Positions 18,798 to 29,076 of a stretch of DNA of 64,000 nt are shown one piece after another. The first letter of the stretch is position 1. Every line of letters starts with the position of its first letter. The notes under the pieces are model-generated. The model searched no databases. It saw only the letters and a list, made by a program, of their open reading frames with translations, and was not told the origin of the DNA. The DNA lies in NCBI GenBank assembly GCA_964389205.1, contig CAYMDH010000003.1, positions 55,702 through 119,701 on the forward strand, written 5' to 3'. A program made the position numbers and the translations under genes. The stretch comes from an uncultured Flavobacteriaceae bacterium (GTDB taxonomy: Bacteria; Bacteroidota; Bacteroidia; Flavobacteriales; Flavobacteriaceae).

Positions 18798-20426
18798 TTA
18801 AACCTGTATGACTCCTAAATTAAATGGCTTTTCAATAGGTGCATGATCTGCAGCTTCTATTCCCATAGAAATCCATTTTCTGGTATCTAAAGGATTAATA
18901 ACACCATCTGTCCATATTCTAGCTGCAGCATAATATGGAGAAACCTGTGCATCATAACGAGATTTAATCTTATTAAATAATTCTTCTTCTTTTTCTTTAG
19001 AAATTGTTTCTCCTTTCTTTTTAAGCGAGGCTGTTTCTATTTGAAGAAGTACTTTTGCTGCTTGAGAACCACCCATTACTGCTAATTCTGCACTTGGCCA
19101 GGCTGCAATAAGCCTCGGGTCATAAGCTTTACCACACATTGCATAATTTCCAGCCCCATAACTATTTCCAATTACAATAGTAAATTTAGGAACTACAGAA
19201 TTACTTACTGCATTTACCATTTTTGCACCATCTTTAATAATACCTCCATGTTCACTTTTGCTTCCAACCATAAAACCAGTAACATCCTGTAAAAAAACAA
19301 GGGGTATCTTTTTCTGATTGCAATTGGCAATAAATCGGGTTGCTTTATCTGCCGAGTCTGAATAGATAACACCACCAAATTGCATTTCTCCTTTTTTTGT
19401 CTTTACAACCTTTCGTTGATTAGCAACAATACCAACTGCCCATCCATTTATTCTTGCATAAGCCGTAATAATACTTTGCCCATATCCTTCTTTATATTCA
19501 TCAAATTCAGAATTATCCACCAATCTTTTGATAATTTCTTTCATATCATACTGATCTGAACGAGATTTAGGCAGGATCCCAAAAATTTCTTCAGGGTTTT
19601 CTTTTGGTTTCTTTGCTTTTATTTTGCTATAACCAGCCTTTTCATAACTACCAATCTTATCAATAATATTTTTTATAGTATCTAGAGCATCTTTATCATC
19701 TTCAGCTTTATAATCTGTAACTCCACTTATTTCACAATGTGTAGTAGCACCACCCAGTGTTTCATTGTCAATAGTTTCTCCAATGGCGGCTTTTACTAGA
19801 TAACTTCCAGCCAAAAAAATACTCCCAGTTTTGTTTACAATTAAAGCTTCATCACTCATTATAGGTAAATAAGCTCCTCCCGCAACACAACTTCCCATTA
19901 CAGCAGCTATTTGTACAATACCCATACTACTCATCTTGGCATTATTTCTGAAAATACGACCAAAATGTTCTTTATCTGGAAAAATTTCATCTTGCATAGG
20001 TAAATAAACACCAGCACTGTCTACAAGATATATAATAGGGAGCCTATTTTCCATGGCTATTTCTTGTGCTCTTAAGTTTTTCTTTCCTGTAATAGGAAAC
20101 CAAGCACCAGCTTTAACTGTAGCATCGTTTGCTACCACCATACACTGTTTGCCTTGAACATACCCTATTTTTACTACAACACCACCTGATGGGCACCCAC
20201 CATGTTCTTCATACATTCCTTCTCCAGTGAAAGCTCCAATCTCAATGCAGTCTGCATCTTTATCTAACAGATAGTCAATTCGTTCACGAGCAGTTAATTT
20301 ACCTTGCGAATGCAATTTTTCTATTCTTTTTTGTCCACCTCCCAGTTTTACTTTAGCAAGTTTGCGTTTTAAATCTGAAAGAAGTAATTTATTGTGATCT
20401 TCGTTTTTGTTGAAGTTAATATCCAT
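18798..20426 (-). CDS. acyl-CoA carboxylase carboxyltransferase subunit (methylcrotonyl-/propionyl-CoA carboxylase beta chain)
   Basis: 542 aa with two carboxyltransferase half-domains (VVANDATVKAG.W, GSCVAGGAY, VTGFMVG, GNSYGAGNYAM). Confidence 0.9.
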   Translation of the reverse strand: MDINFNKNEDHNKLLLSDLKRKLAKVKLGGGQKRIEKLHSQGKLTARERIDYLLDKDADCIEIGAFTGEGMYEEHGGCPSGGVVVKIGYVQGKQCMVVANDATVKAGAWFPITGKKNLRAQEIAMENRLPIIYLVDSAGVYLPMQDEIFPDKEHFGRIFRNNAKMSSMGIVQIAAVMGSCVAGGAYLPIMSDEALIVNKTGSIFLAGSYLVKAAIGETIDNETLGGATTHCEISGVTDYKAEDDKDALDTIKNIIDKIGSYEKAGYSKIKAKKPKENPEEIFGILPKSRSDQYDMKEIIKRLVDNSEFDEYKEGYGQSIITAYARINGWAVGIVANQRKVVKTKKGEMQFGGVIYSDSADKATRFIANCNQKKIPLVFLQDVTGFMVGSKSEHGGIIKDGAKMVNAVSNSVVPKFTIVIGNSYGAGNYAMCGKAYDPRLIAAWPSAELAVMGGSQAAKVLLQIETASLKKKGETISKEKEEELFNKIKSRYDAQVSPYYAAARIWTDGVINPLDTRKWISMGIEAADHAPIEKPFNLGVIQV

Positions 20427-20653
20427 ACCTTAAAATATTTTGCCAGAACTATAGTCGTAGCATTTGTTCTGTTGCTTACGTTTCTTTTTGTTTCATATTG
20501 GTTCTTTAAAAGAAGCGGCAGGCTAAAATACAAAAACGTTCTATTTTTAATAGGCTAAAAATTGCATAAAAAATTGCATATTTGTGATCTTGATATGATG
20601 TATTATGATTATTATTTGATAATACTCTTATCAAATTAAAAAAATGGCAAGAA

Positions 20654-20836
20654 ATGGGAATGAATAAAAATACAGTATTGGGATATGCAACACTAATTAT
20701 GATTATTGTTGGATTAGGATTAATAGCTTTAGGCGCTTTTAGATATGACGATGTAGCAGGATATGGATTTGCTGCCGTTGGAATTGGCTTTTTTGCTATT
20801 GCATGGGTATTTAACGCTTTAAAAGGAAGAGTATAA
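20654..20836 (+). CDS. small two-TM membrane protein, coupled to ettA
   Basis: 60 aa with two hydrophobic helices. Its stop lies 2 nt before the ettA ATG. Confidence 0.55.
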   Translation: MGMNKNTVLGYATLIMIIVGLGLIALGAFRYDDVAGYGFAAVGIGFFAIAWVFNALKGRV

Positions 20837-20838
20837 TT

Positions 20839-22530
20839 ATGAGCGATGATAAGAAAGTAATCTTTTCAATGTCTGGTGTGTCTAAAACATACCAAAGTAC
20901 TAACAAGCAAGTTTTAAAAGATATATACTTAAGTTTTTTCTATGGCGCAAAAATAGGAATATTAGGACTTAATGGTTCTGGTAAATCAACCTTATTAAAA
21001 ATTATAGCAGGGATAGAAAAAAATTATCAAGGAGATGTTGTTTTTTCACCTGGATATACTGTTGGTTACTTAGAGCAAGAACCTCAGTTAGATGATTCTA
21101 AAACAGTTATAGAGATTGTGAAAGAAGGAGTGGCAGATGTAGTAGCTGTATTAGATGAATACAATAGTATTAATGATCAATTTGGTTTGCCTGAAGTATA
21201 TGAAGATCCAGATAAGATGCAAAAACTTATGGATAAGCAAGCAGCACTTCAAGATAAGATAGACGCATCTAATGCATGGGAATTAGATACCAAATTAGAA
21301 ATTGCCATGGATGCATTAAGAACTCCAGAACCAGATACCCCAATAAAAGTATTATCAGGTGGTGAGCGTAGGAGAGTTGCACTATGTCGTTTATTACTAA
21401 AACAGCCAGATATATTACTCTTAGATGAACCTACTAACCATTTGGATGCAGAATCAGTATTATGGTTAGAACAGCATTTGAAACAATACAGTGGTACTGT
21501 TATAGCAGTAACCCATGATCGATATTTCTTAGATAATGTAGCTGGTTGGATACTTGAATTAGATAGAGGAGAAGGAATTCCATGGAAAGGAAATTATTCT
21601 TCATGGTTGGATCAAAAATCAAAACGATTAGCATTAGAAGAAAAAACGGCTAGCAAAAGAAGAAAAACATTAGAACGAGAATTAGAATGGGTACGCATGG
21701 CTCCAAAAGGTAGGCAAGCCAAGCAAAAAGCACGTTTGAGTAATTATGATAAATTACTAAATGAAGATCAGAAGAAACTAGATGAAAAGCTTGAAATTTA
21801 TATTCCTAATGGCCCACGTTTGGGGACTAATGTTATCGATGCTAAAGGAGTTTCAAAAGCATTTGGAGATAAACTTTTATACGAAGATTTAAACTTTACA
21901 CTTCCACAAGCTGGAATTGTAGGTATTATAGGCCCAAATGGAGCTGGGAAAACCACTATTTTTAGAATGATAATGGGAGAAGAAAACCCAGATAAGGGAA
22001 CCTTTGTTATGGGAGAAACGGCTAAAGTTTCTTATGTAGATCAAGATCATTCTAATATAACTCCTGATAAATCGATATGGGAGAATTTTTGCGATGGGCA
22101 AGAACTCATTATGATGGGAGGAAAACAAATAAACTCTAGAGCATATTTAAGTCGTTTTAATTTTTCAGGAAGTGAACAAAACAAAAAAGTAGCTACTTTA
22201 TCAGGTGGAGAACGAAATAGACTTCACTTAGCGATGACATTGCGAGAAGAAGGGAATGTTCTTTTATTAGATGAGCCAACAAATGATTTGGATGTTAATA
22301 CTTTAAGAGCCTTAGAAGAAGGATTAGAAAATTTTGCAGGCTGTGCTGTTGTCATTTCTCATGACAGATGGTTTTTAGATAGAATTTGTACGCATATTTT
22401 AGCTTTTGAAGGAGATTCTCAAGTCTATTTCTTTGAGGGCAGTTTCTCAGATTATGAAGAAAATAAGAGAAAACGTTTGGGAGCAGATGTAACTCCTAAA
22501 AGAATTAAGTATAAGAAACTTATCAGATAA
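20839..22530 (+). CDS. ettA: energy-dependent translational throttle protein EttA (ABC-F ATPase)
   Basis: 563 aa with two ABC cassettes (GLNGSGKST / LSGGERRR; GPNGAGKTT / LSGGERNR) and the EttA-typical start (IFSMSGVSK) and arm/linker. Confidence 0.95.
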   Translation: MSDDKKVIFSMSGVSKTYQSTNKQVLKDIYLSFFYGAKIGILGLNGSGKSTLLKIIAGIEKNYQGDVVFSPGYTVGYLEQEPQLDDSKTVIEIVKEGVADVVAVLDEYNSINDQFGLPEVYEDPDKMQKLMDKQAALQDKIDASNAWELDTKLEIAMDALRTPEPDTPIKVLSGGERRRVALCRLLLKQPDILLLDEPTNHLDAESVLWLEQHLKQYSGTVIAVTHDRYFLDNVAGWILELDRGEGIPWKGNYSSWLDQKSKRLALEEKTASKRRKTLERELEWVRMAPKGRQAKQKARLSNYDKLLNEDQKKLDEKLEIYIPNGPRLGTNVIDAKGVSKAFGDKLLYEDLNFTLPQAGIVGIIGPNGAGKTTIFRMIMGEENPDKGTFVMGETAKVSYVDQDHSNITPDKSIWENFCDGQELIMMGGKQINSRAYLSRFNFSGSEQNKKVATLSGGERNRLHLAMTLREEGNVLLLDEPTNDLDVNTLRALEEGLENFAGCAVVISHDRWFLDRICTHILAFEGDSQVYFFEGSFSDYEENKRKRLGADVTPKRIKYKKLIR

Positions 22531-22642
22531 CAATTTAATATCAAATAGTATTCTTATTTACGAATAAATAAATAATATATAGAAATTATTAAAACCGTTA
22601 TTTGGTGTTTTTTTATATGCTTACAACCTATTTAAATAGATG

Positions 22643-22667
22643 AAAACCATAAGTATATGGTTTTTTT
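22643..22667 (+). terminator. rho-independent terminator
   Basis: AAAACCATA-agta-TATGGTTTT, a perfect 9-bp stem plus a T-run. Confidence 0.75.
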
Positions 22668-22710
22668 GTGATATGTTTGTAGTACCCATACTTACATAAA
22701 CAACTAAATC

Positions 22711-24915
22711 TTGAAAATTATTCGTTTCATATTCTTCTTCTTTTTGTGCTCATTTCATTTTGGTTTTTCTCAGACTATCGATGACCCAATAATAGATAGT
22801 ATTAATAACTATTTAGATAAGTCAAGGGCATATCAACGCGAATATGATATTAAAAAATCTATTGAATATGCAAATAAGGTTATAGAACTCTCACAAGAAA
22901 TAGATAATGAAAAATATCAATTTGAGGCATATAATAGTGTAGGTATTAGTTATGAGTTAGTCTCAGATTTTAATACTGCTGAAAAAAATTATCAAAAAGC
23001 ATTATCAAAAGCAGAGTTTCTTAAAAATGACACACTGAGTATCCGGATATATAATAACCTTGGAAATGTCTATTCTGATGGACTTAAAGAGAAAGAGAAA
23101 GGCTTGTTTTATTATAATGAATCATTAGCACTAGCCAAAAAAAATAAAGATACAGTAAAGTTTATAGTTCCTATGATTAATATAGCTTGGACCTATATTG
23201 ATGAAAAAGAATTTGAAAAAGCATATCCTTATTTAAATGAAGTAATGGGATATGTGAAAATATATGGTAATGAAAGACTAATGACTAGTTTAAGTTATTT
23301 AGAAGGGCAATATTATGTTTATAAAAAACAATATAAAAAAGCATTGAAGTCTTTTGATAAATCTATTAATAAGTCTTTAAAATTAGAAATGTTAGCCCAA
23401 CTTTATCATGCGTATCTTGAAAAATCTAAATTGCTTGAAATTTTAGGTCAAAATGATAAAGCATACGAAGCTTTTAAGGCATATGAGAAAAATAAAGAAA
23501 AGGTATTTAACAAAACAAAGTTAAGAGAATTAGAAATTGCAAAGGCCAGATTTGAACTTGATGAATTTCAAAGAGATTTAGGAAAAGCTAAAAAAGAAAA
23601 TGCGTTACAGGCATCTGATGCAAGAAAATCAAAAATAATTACGATAGCATCTTTTATATTAGTCTTAATTTTAATTATCCTTCTTATTATTTTATATAAA
23701 AATTATATCACTAAAAACGAGCTTAGTAATATATTAAAGATTCAAAATCAGAACCTTGAAAAGTCTAAAGAAGCTGCAGAAAAACTATCTAAATTAAAAA
23801 CACAATTTATATCTACGGTTAGCCATGAATTAAGAACTCCTTTATATGGAGTTGTTGGTATTACATCTCTTTTGATGGAGGAAGAAGGAGTTTTGTCAAA
23901 AAAGGAAAATGAATATTTGAAATCCCTTAAATTTTCAAGTGATTATCTGCTTAACCTTATTAATGATGTATTACAATTGAGTAAAATAGAATCCAATAAA
24001 TTACAACTTGAAAAAATAGACTTTAATATTCAAACATTATTAAGAAATGTAGTTAACTCTTTTGGTTTTCACTTAGATCAAAAAAAGAACCAGCTTGAGC
24101 TAGAGATTGATGAAAATATTCCATGTTTTTTAGTGGGTGATAAAATTAGATTGCAACAAATACTAATTAATTTGGTAGGCAATGCTATAAAGTTTACTAG
24201 TAAGGGAACTATATGGTTACGTTTAAAAAAAGTAAAAGAAAACGATGATCATATAACTATTAATTTTCAAATAGAAGATAATGGTATTGGTATTCCAGAA
24301 GAGAAACAAGAGGAGATATTTGATAATTTCTTGCAAATAGAAAGAGAAGACGCAGAATTTCAAGGAACTGGCTTAGGATTGTCTATAGTAAAGAAATTGG
24401 TAACCTTATTTGGAGGAGATATTTATTTAGAAAGTGAAATACATAAAGGGTCTAAGTTTTGTTTTACAATAGATTTTATAAAAAGCAACTCAGAAATAGA
24501 AATAGAATCATTTAAAGAACTATCAAAGAATAATCCCACTCATAAAAAGATATTAGTAGTAGATGATAACAAGATAAATCGAGTAGTCACTCAAAATATA
24601 CTAAAGAAAGAAGAATTTGAATCTGTAGCAGTAAACAATGGACTATTAGCTATAGAAAAAATAAAGGAAGATCATTTTGATCTTATACTAATGGATTTAA
24701 ATATGCCAGTTATGAATGGGTTTGAGACTACCCATAAGATAAGAGAGTTTAATAGAACAATCCCTATCATAGCATTAACAGCTGTTGCTATTGATGAAAT
24801 AAAAGATAAAGTTTTTGAAGCAGGATTGAATGATATAATAAATAAGCCTTATGATAACCTTGAATTTTATCAAACTATTCTTCGAAATATTAAAAAAAGT
24901 AAAATTGAAAATTAA
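22711..24915 (+). CDS. hybrid sensor histidine kinase/response regulator with N-terminal TPR sensor region
   Basis: Signal peptide, TPR repeats, coiled coil and one TM helix. HisKA (STVSHELRTPL), HATPase (GTGLGLSIVK), and a REC domain (ILVVDDN...LILMDLNMP). Confidence 0.85.
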   Translation: MKIIRFIFFFFLCSFHFGFSQTIDDPIIDSINNYLDKSRAYQREYDIKKSIEYANKVIELSQEIDNEKYQFEAYNSVGISYELVSDFNTAEKNYQKALSKAEFLKNDTLSIRIYNNLGNVYSDGLKEKEKGLFYYNESLALAKKNKDTVKFIVPMINIAWTYIDEKEFEKAYPYLNEVMGYVKIYGNERLMTSLSYLEGQYYVYKKQYKKALKSFDKSINKSLKLEMLAQLYHAYLEKSKLLEILGQNDKAYEAFKAYEKNKEKVFNKTKLRELEIAKARFELDEFQRDLGKAKKENALQASDARKSKIITIASFILVLILIILLIILYKNYITKNELSNILKIQNQNLEKSKEAAEKLSKLKTQFISTVSHELRTPLYGVVGITSLLMEEEGVLSKKENEYLKSLKFSSDYLLNLINDVLQLSKIESNKLQLEKIDFNIQTLLRNVVNSFGFHLDQKKNQLELEIDENIPCFLVGDKIRLQQILINLVGNAIKFTSKGTIWLRLKKVKENDDHITINFQIEDNGIGIPEEKQEEIFDNFLQIEREDAEFQGTGLGLSIVKKLVTLFGGDIYLESEIHKGSKFCFTIDFIKSNSEIEIESFKELSKNNPTHKKILVVDDNKINRVVTQNILKKEEFESVAVNNGLLAIEKIKEDHFDLILMDLNMPVMNGFETTHKIREFNRTIPIIALTAVAIDEIKDKVFEAGLNDIINKPYDNLEFYQTILRNIKKSKIEN

Positions 24916-25104
24916 AAATTACTATACGCTTCATTTTTTTATGTTATAGTAAGTTTTGAAATGTTTTTTTCTTCAAAAAAGGCGCTTCATTTTATAATTT
25001 TTAACATTACTTCCAAGAAATTAATCACTTTATCGTCTAATTGCCCTAAAAGTTTTTTGCCTCCATTTAAATGATTAAAATTGCTTGGTTATTGATAGAA
25101 TAAA

Positions 25105-27369
25105 TTGAAAAAAACGCTCGTTTTAATAAGTATACTTTTTTGCTACACATTAGCAAAAGGTCAAGTAGGGGATGAACGTCTAAAGGACAGTATGCGAAAT
25201 ACGTTTTCTTTAGCAGAAAGTCTTCAAGTTAGGTACAAAATTGTAGCATCTACAGAGAAAGCTTGCGAGGTAATACGCTTTGCAAAGCTAAATGATAATA
25301 CTTATTATCAGGGAGCTGCATATAATCTTATAGGAATAAACTACGAAACAATTCTTGAATTCAAGAAAGCAGAAGTGAATTATCAAGAAGCTTTAAAATA
25401 TGCCTTAGAAAGTACTAATGATGCATTAATAGGTCGTATATATAATAATTTAGGAAATATATATTATATGGCTTATAACAATCTAGATAAGAGTAATGAA
25501 TATTATTTCAAATCTATTGATTTAGCTAAGGCAAATAATGATATTTCTGAAATAATTACTCCAACACTTAATCTTGGTTGGAATTACCTAGACAGGCAAG
25601 ATACAGCGAGAGCATTCCTTTATTTACAACAAGCAAAAAAGCATATAGAAGAACAGGGAGAATTAAATACAAATATTTATATACATTATCTCTTTGGAAT
25701 ATACCATACACAAAACAATGAGTATGGACAAGCTACTGAAAGTTTTAATAAAGCTATAACAATTGGAGAACACTTTGAAAGTTATCTTGAATTGTCAGAT
25801 GTTTATTTAGCACAATCTAAATTATTTGATTTAACTAAAGATCAAATTAAGAAAAGTAATGCATTAGAAAAATATTATGAGTTTCGTTTAAAAGTGTCTG
25901 GTGTTGAAAACCTGAAACAATTAGCAATAATAGAATCAAAAAACCTACAAGATGGTATTGTTCCAAACACAGAAAGTCCATCTGTATTGAATGATGTTGA
26001 TAATTCATCACCTGTAGTAAATAATAATATTGAAACTAAAAGTTTTTTTAGAAAATACCAGAATATCTTGACCTATATATTACTGGGGTTAGTATTTGCA
26101 AGTATTTTAGGAGTAGTAATATACAGAAGTGTTCAATCTAAAAAGAAACTTACAGAAATGCTAGAAACAAGGAATGAACATTTAGAAGAAGCGAAAGAAG
26201 AAGCAGAAAAATTATCTCAATTAAAATCTCAATTTGTTTCAACCGTAAGTCACGAACTCAGAACTCCTTTATATGGAGTTGTTGGTTTAACTTCATTATT
26301 GTTAGAAGAAAACACATTATCCTCTGAAGAAAACCAATATTTGAAGTCACTTAAATTCTCTGGAGACTATTTACTTAATTTAATAAATGATATTCTTAAT
26401 CTGAGTAAAATAGAATCAAATAAAATTGTATTAGAAAGACGTCCATTCAATATCAGAGATTTAGTTGAAGACGTTATAAGTTCTTTTAAATTTCAATTGG
26501 ATCAAAAGAGTAATAAAATTCATTTATACTTAGACAAAAAGATCCCTCCATTTTTAAAAGGTGATGAGGTTCCATTATCTCAGATACTTATTAATTTAAT
26601 AGGGAATGCGATTAAGTTTACATCCTATGGTAATATCTGGATCTTTTTAAAGTTAACCAGCATTAAAGAAGATGTTGTTAGTATTAATTTTATAGTTAAA
26701 GATGATGGTCCAGGAATCCCTAAAAAGAAACATGATGAGATTTTTGAAAACTTTTCTCAATTAGATCGTGATAATAATGAATACCAAGGAACAGGCTTAG
26801 GTTTATCTATAGTAAAGAAATTAGTAGATTTATTAGAAGGGGAAATTAAATTAATTAGTGATGAAGGTGAAGGAGCTACTTTTAGTTTTAACCTTAATTT
26901 TGATATTGTAAAAGAAAGTAATGCTACTATTGAAAAGAAACGTGTAGAAACCACAAATCTATCAGATAGTGTTTTCGGAAAAGGATATAGAGTATTGATA
27001 GTAGAAGATAATAAGATCAATCAAATAGTTACAAAAAATATACTACTTAGAGAAAACTTTGATTGTGAAGTAGTAGATAATGGAATATCTGCAATAGAAT
27101 ATGTTAAGAATGGAAAATTTGATTTAGTCTTGATGGATTTGAACATGCCACTAATGAGTGGGATAGAAGCATCGGCTAAAATAAGAGAATTTGATGATGA
27201 GACTCCAATTGTAGCATTGACAGCTGTAGAGATAGAAGATGTACGAGACGATATAAAAGACGCAGGAATAGATGATATTATCAATAAACCTTTTGATAAA
27301 AACGAGTTTTATAAGGTCATACTAAAAAATATCAATAGCCGTAAAACAAGAGCAACTAGTAATAGCTAG
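25105..27369 (+). CDS. hybrid sensor histidine kinase/response regulator with N-terminal TPR sensor region (paralog of 22711..24915)
   Basis: Same architecture. The H-box region is nearly identical (SQLKSQFVSTVSHELRTPLYGVVGLTSLL versus SKLKTQFISTVSHELRTPLYGVVGITSLL). The start is TTG. Confidence 0.85.
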   Translation: MKKTLVLISILFCYTLAKGQVGDERLKDSMRNTFSLAESLQVRYKIVASTEKACEVIRFAKLNDNTYYQGAAYNLIGINYETILEFKKAEVNYQEALKYALESTNDALIGRIYNNLGNIYYMAYNNLDKSNEYYFKSIDLAKANNDISEIITPTLNLGWNYLDRQDTARAFLYLQQAKKHIEEQGELNTNIYIHYLFGIYHTQNNEYGQATESFNKAITIGEHFESYLELSDVYLAQSKLFDLTKDQIKKSNALEKYYEFRLKVSGVENLKQLAIIESKNLQDGIVPNTESPSVLNDVDNSSPVVNNNIETKSFFRKYQNILTYILLGLVFASILGVVIYRSVQSKKKLTEMLETRNEHLEEAKEEAEKLSQLKSQFVSTVSHELRTPLYGVVGLTSLLLEENTLSSEENQYLKSLKFSGDYLLNLINDILNLSKIESNKIVLERRPFNIRDLVEDVISSFKFQLDQKSNKIHLYLDKKIPPFLKGDEVPLSQILINLIGNAIKFTSYGNIWIFLKLTSIKEDVVSINFIVKDDGPGIPKKKHDEIFENFSQLDRDNNEYQGTGLGLSIVKKLVDLLEGEIKLISDEGEGATFSFNLNFDIVKESNATIEKKRVETTNLSDSVFGKGYRVLIVEDNKINQIVTKNILLRENFDCEVVDNGISAIEYVKNGKFDLVLMDLNMPLMSGIEASAKIREFDDETPIVALTAVEIEDVRDDIKDAGIDDIINKPFDKNEFYKVILKNINSRKTRATSNS

Positions 27370-27839
27370 TGATTAAAAATCAATTCCATTTTAATATTAC
27401 TTCTTAAATAAGGCGAACTTTCTTCTAATTTTATTTCTTTAAATCCATGTTTTTTATATAAATGTATAGCATTTTCTAATTTTGTATTAGAATATAAAAT
27501 AAGTTTTTCCCAATTATTAGTATTGGCAAGACTAATACATTGTTGCATAAGTTTATGTCCAACTTTCATTCCTTGAAATTGAGGATCAACAGCCATTTTC
27601 CCTAACTCGTACTGTTTGTTGGCTATTTTCATTAATGCTACGGTTCCAATTATTTGGTTATCGATTTTTGCAAAAAATATATATCCATCATTGTTTATGA
27701 TGAGTTTTTCACTAGTATTTAATAATTCACTATCATGGGGTTCAACAACAAAATATTTTTCTAACCAAGCGATATTTAAATCACTAAAATCTTTTATATA
27801 TTTAGAATCAAAAGGGATAATAATTACTTCTTTTGTCAT
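27366..27839 (-). CDS. GNAT family N-acetyltransferase
   Basis: 157 aa with the GNAT motif A (QFQGMKVGHKLM) and a YKKHGF tail. There is a 4-nt convergent overlap with the kinase gene. Confidence 0.85.
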   Translation of the reverse strand: MTKEVIIIPFDSKYIKDFSDLNIAWLEKYFVVEPHDSELLNTSEKLIINNDGYIFFAKIDNQIIGTVALMKIANKQYELGKMAVDPQFQGMKVGHKLMQQCISLANTNNWEKLILYSNTKLENAIHLYKKHGFKEIKLEESSPYLRSNIKMELIFNH

Positions 27840-28105
27840 GGTAACATAAATAATTTTAAAGATATATTAAAAATATAAAAATTTAGAATATATATGATAA
27901 TGTCATATTAAAATAACTGTTAGTTTCTTTAAACCAGAATGTTAACTTCTTTGTGGGTATTAAGACTTATAGTATAGTCTTCTGATATTTTTTAATATCG
28001 TAACTTTGAAAAATTATTAAACAATAATCTAAAAATCAATTTAACACGTATATAAAAAACAAGCACTAAAAAATATAAAAAGTGCGAATTTAAAATTATT
28101 ATATT

Positions 28106-28993
28106 ATGACTGAATCTAAAAACAATAACGGACTAAAGGTAATAGCTATTTTACTTGGTGTAGTTTTAGCTGGGACATTATTTTATACGGCAAACCTTTA
28201 CAACGATAAAAAAGAAACAACAGCTAAACTTACTAATGAAAAGAGTTTAGTAGTTGAAGATTTAAACAATCTTAAAGCAGATTATGACAGAGCTATTGAA
28301 GAGAGCGAAAACACTAATCAAGAACTTGTAGAGGCTAGAAATAGAATAACAGAGTATATTGATTCTGTAAAAACAATGAAAGCTGATATCTCTGCTTTAT
28401 ATAGATACAGAAGACAGGTACGTACTTTAGAAAAAGAAAGAGAATTTCTTTTAGCTCAGAATGATTCTTTGCGTAAATCAAACACATTACTAGCAATGGA
28501 AAGAGATAGTACGTTTGTAGCTTTAGAAAGACAAACTACATATTCAGATTCATTAGTAGTTCAAAATACACAGTTAGCTAAAGTGGTAGAAATAGGTTCT
28601 GCAATTACGTTATCAAAGTTTTCTGTAGATGCAGTTAAAGAAAGGTCTAGTGGTAAATTAGTTTCTACCAATAGAGCTACAAGAGCCGATAAACTAAAAA
28701 TTTGTTATACAGTTGCAGCAAACAATATAGCGACGTCTGGAGATAGACAGTTTTATATTCAAGTTACAGACCCTACAGGAAATATTTTAGGAGAAAATGG
28801 AACAGCTTCTACAGAAGAAGGGGCTAGTGTAACCTATAGTAAAGTTTCTAACTTCTTCTTTGAAAATGGAGCATTAGATGTTTGCGATTTTGTAAGTAAA
28901 TCTGGTGATAAGTTTGCAAAAGGAAACTATGAGGTAAAAGTATTTGATCCTAAGTTAAGAGAGTTAAGTACTTCTAAGTTTGCACTTAAATAA
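28106..28993 (+). CDS. hypothetical membrane-anchored coiled-coil protein
   Basis: N-terminal TM helix, about 130 aa of coiled coil, and a C-terminal beta-rich domain. No family recognised. Confidence 0.45.
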   Translation: MTESKNNNGLKVIAILLGVVLAGTLFYTANLYNDKKETTAKLTNEKSLVVEDLNNLKADYDRAIEESENTNQELVEARNRITEYIDSVKTMKADISALYRYRRQVRTLEKEREFLLAQNDSLRKSNTLLAMERDSTFVALERQTTYSDSLVVQNTQLAKVVEIGSAITLSKFSVDAVKERSSGKLVSTNRATRADKLKICYTVAANNIATSGDRQFYIQVTDPTGNILGENGTASTEEGASVTYSKVSNFFFENGALDVCDFVSKSGDKFAKGNYEVKVFDPKLRELSTSKFALK

Positions 28994-29025
28994 TAAATAC
29001 GATATATAACAATAACACTAATTAT

Positions 29026-29056
29026 AAAAAACACTCGATAACTCGAGTGTTTTTTT
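29026..29056. terminator. bidirectional rho-independent terminator between convergent genes
   Basis: AAAAA ACACTCGA-taac-TCGAGTGT TTTTTT. Confidence 0.75.
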
Positions 29057-29076
29057 ATGTTATATTGTTGATGATA

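Noticed and set aside
24927-24993. The 11-mer CGCTTCATTTT is repeated (24927 and 24983) between the two hybrid kinase genes.
   Set aside because: The repeat is short and AT-rich, with no associated promoter box geometry or hairpin. The minus-strand ATGAAGCG starts give only 5-13 codons.
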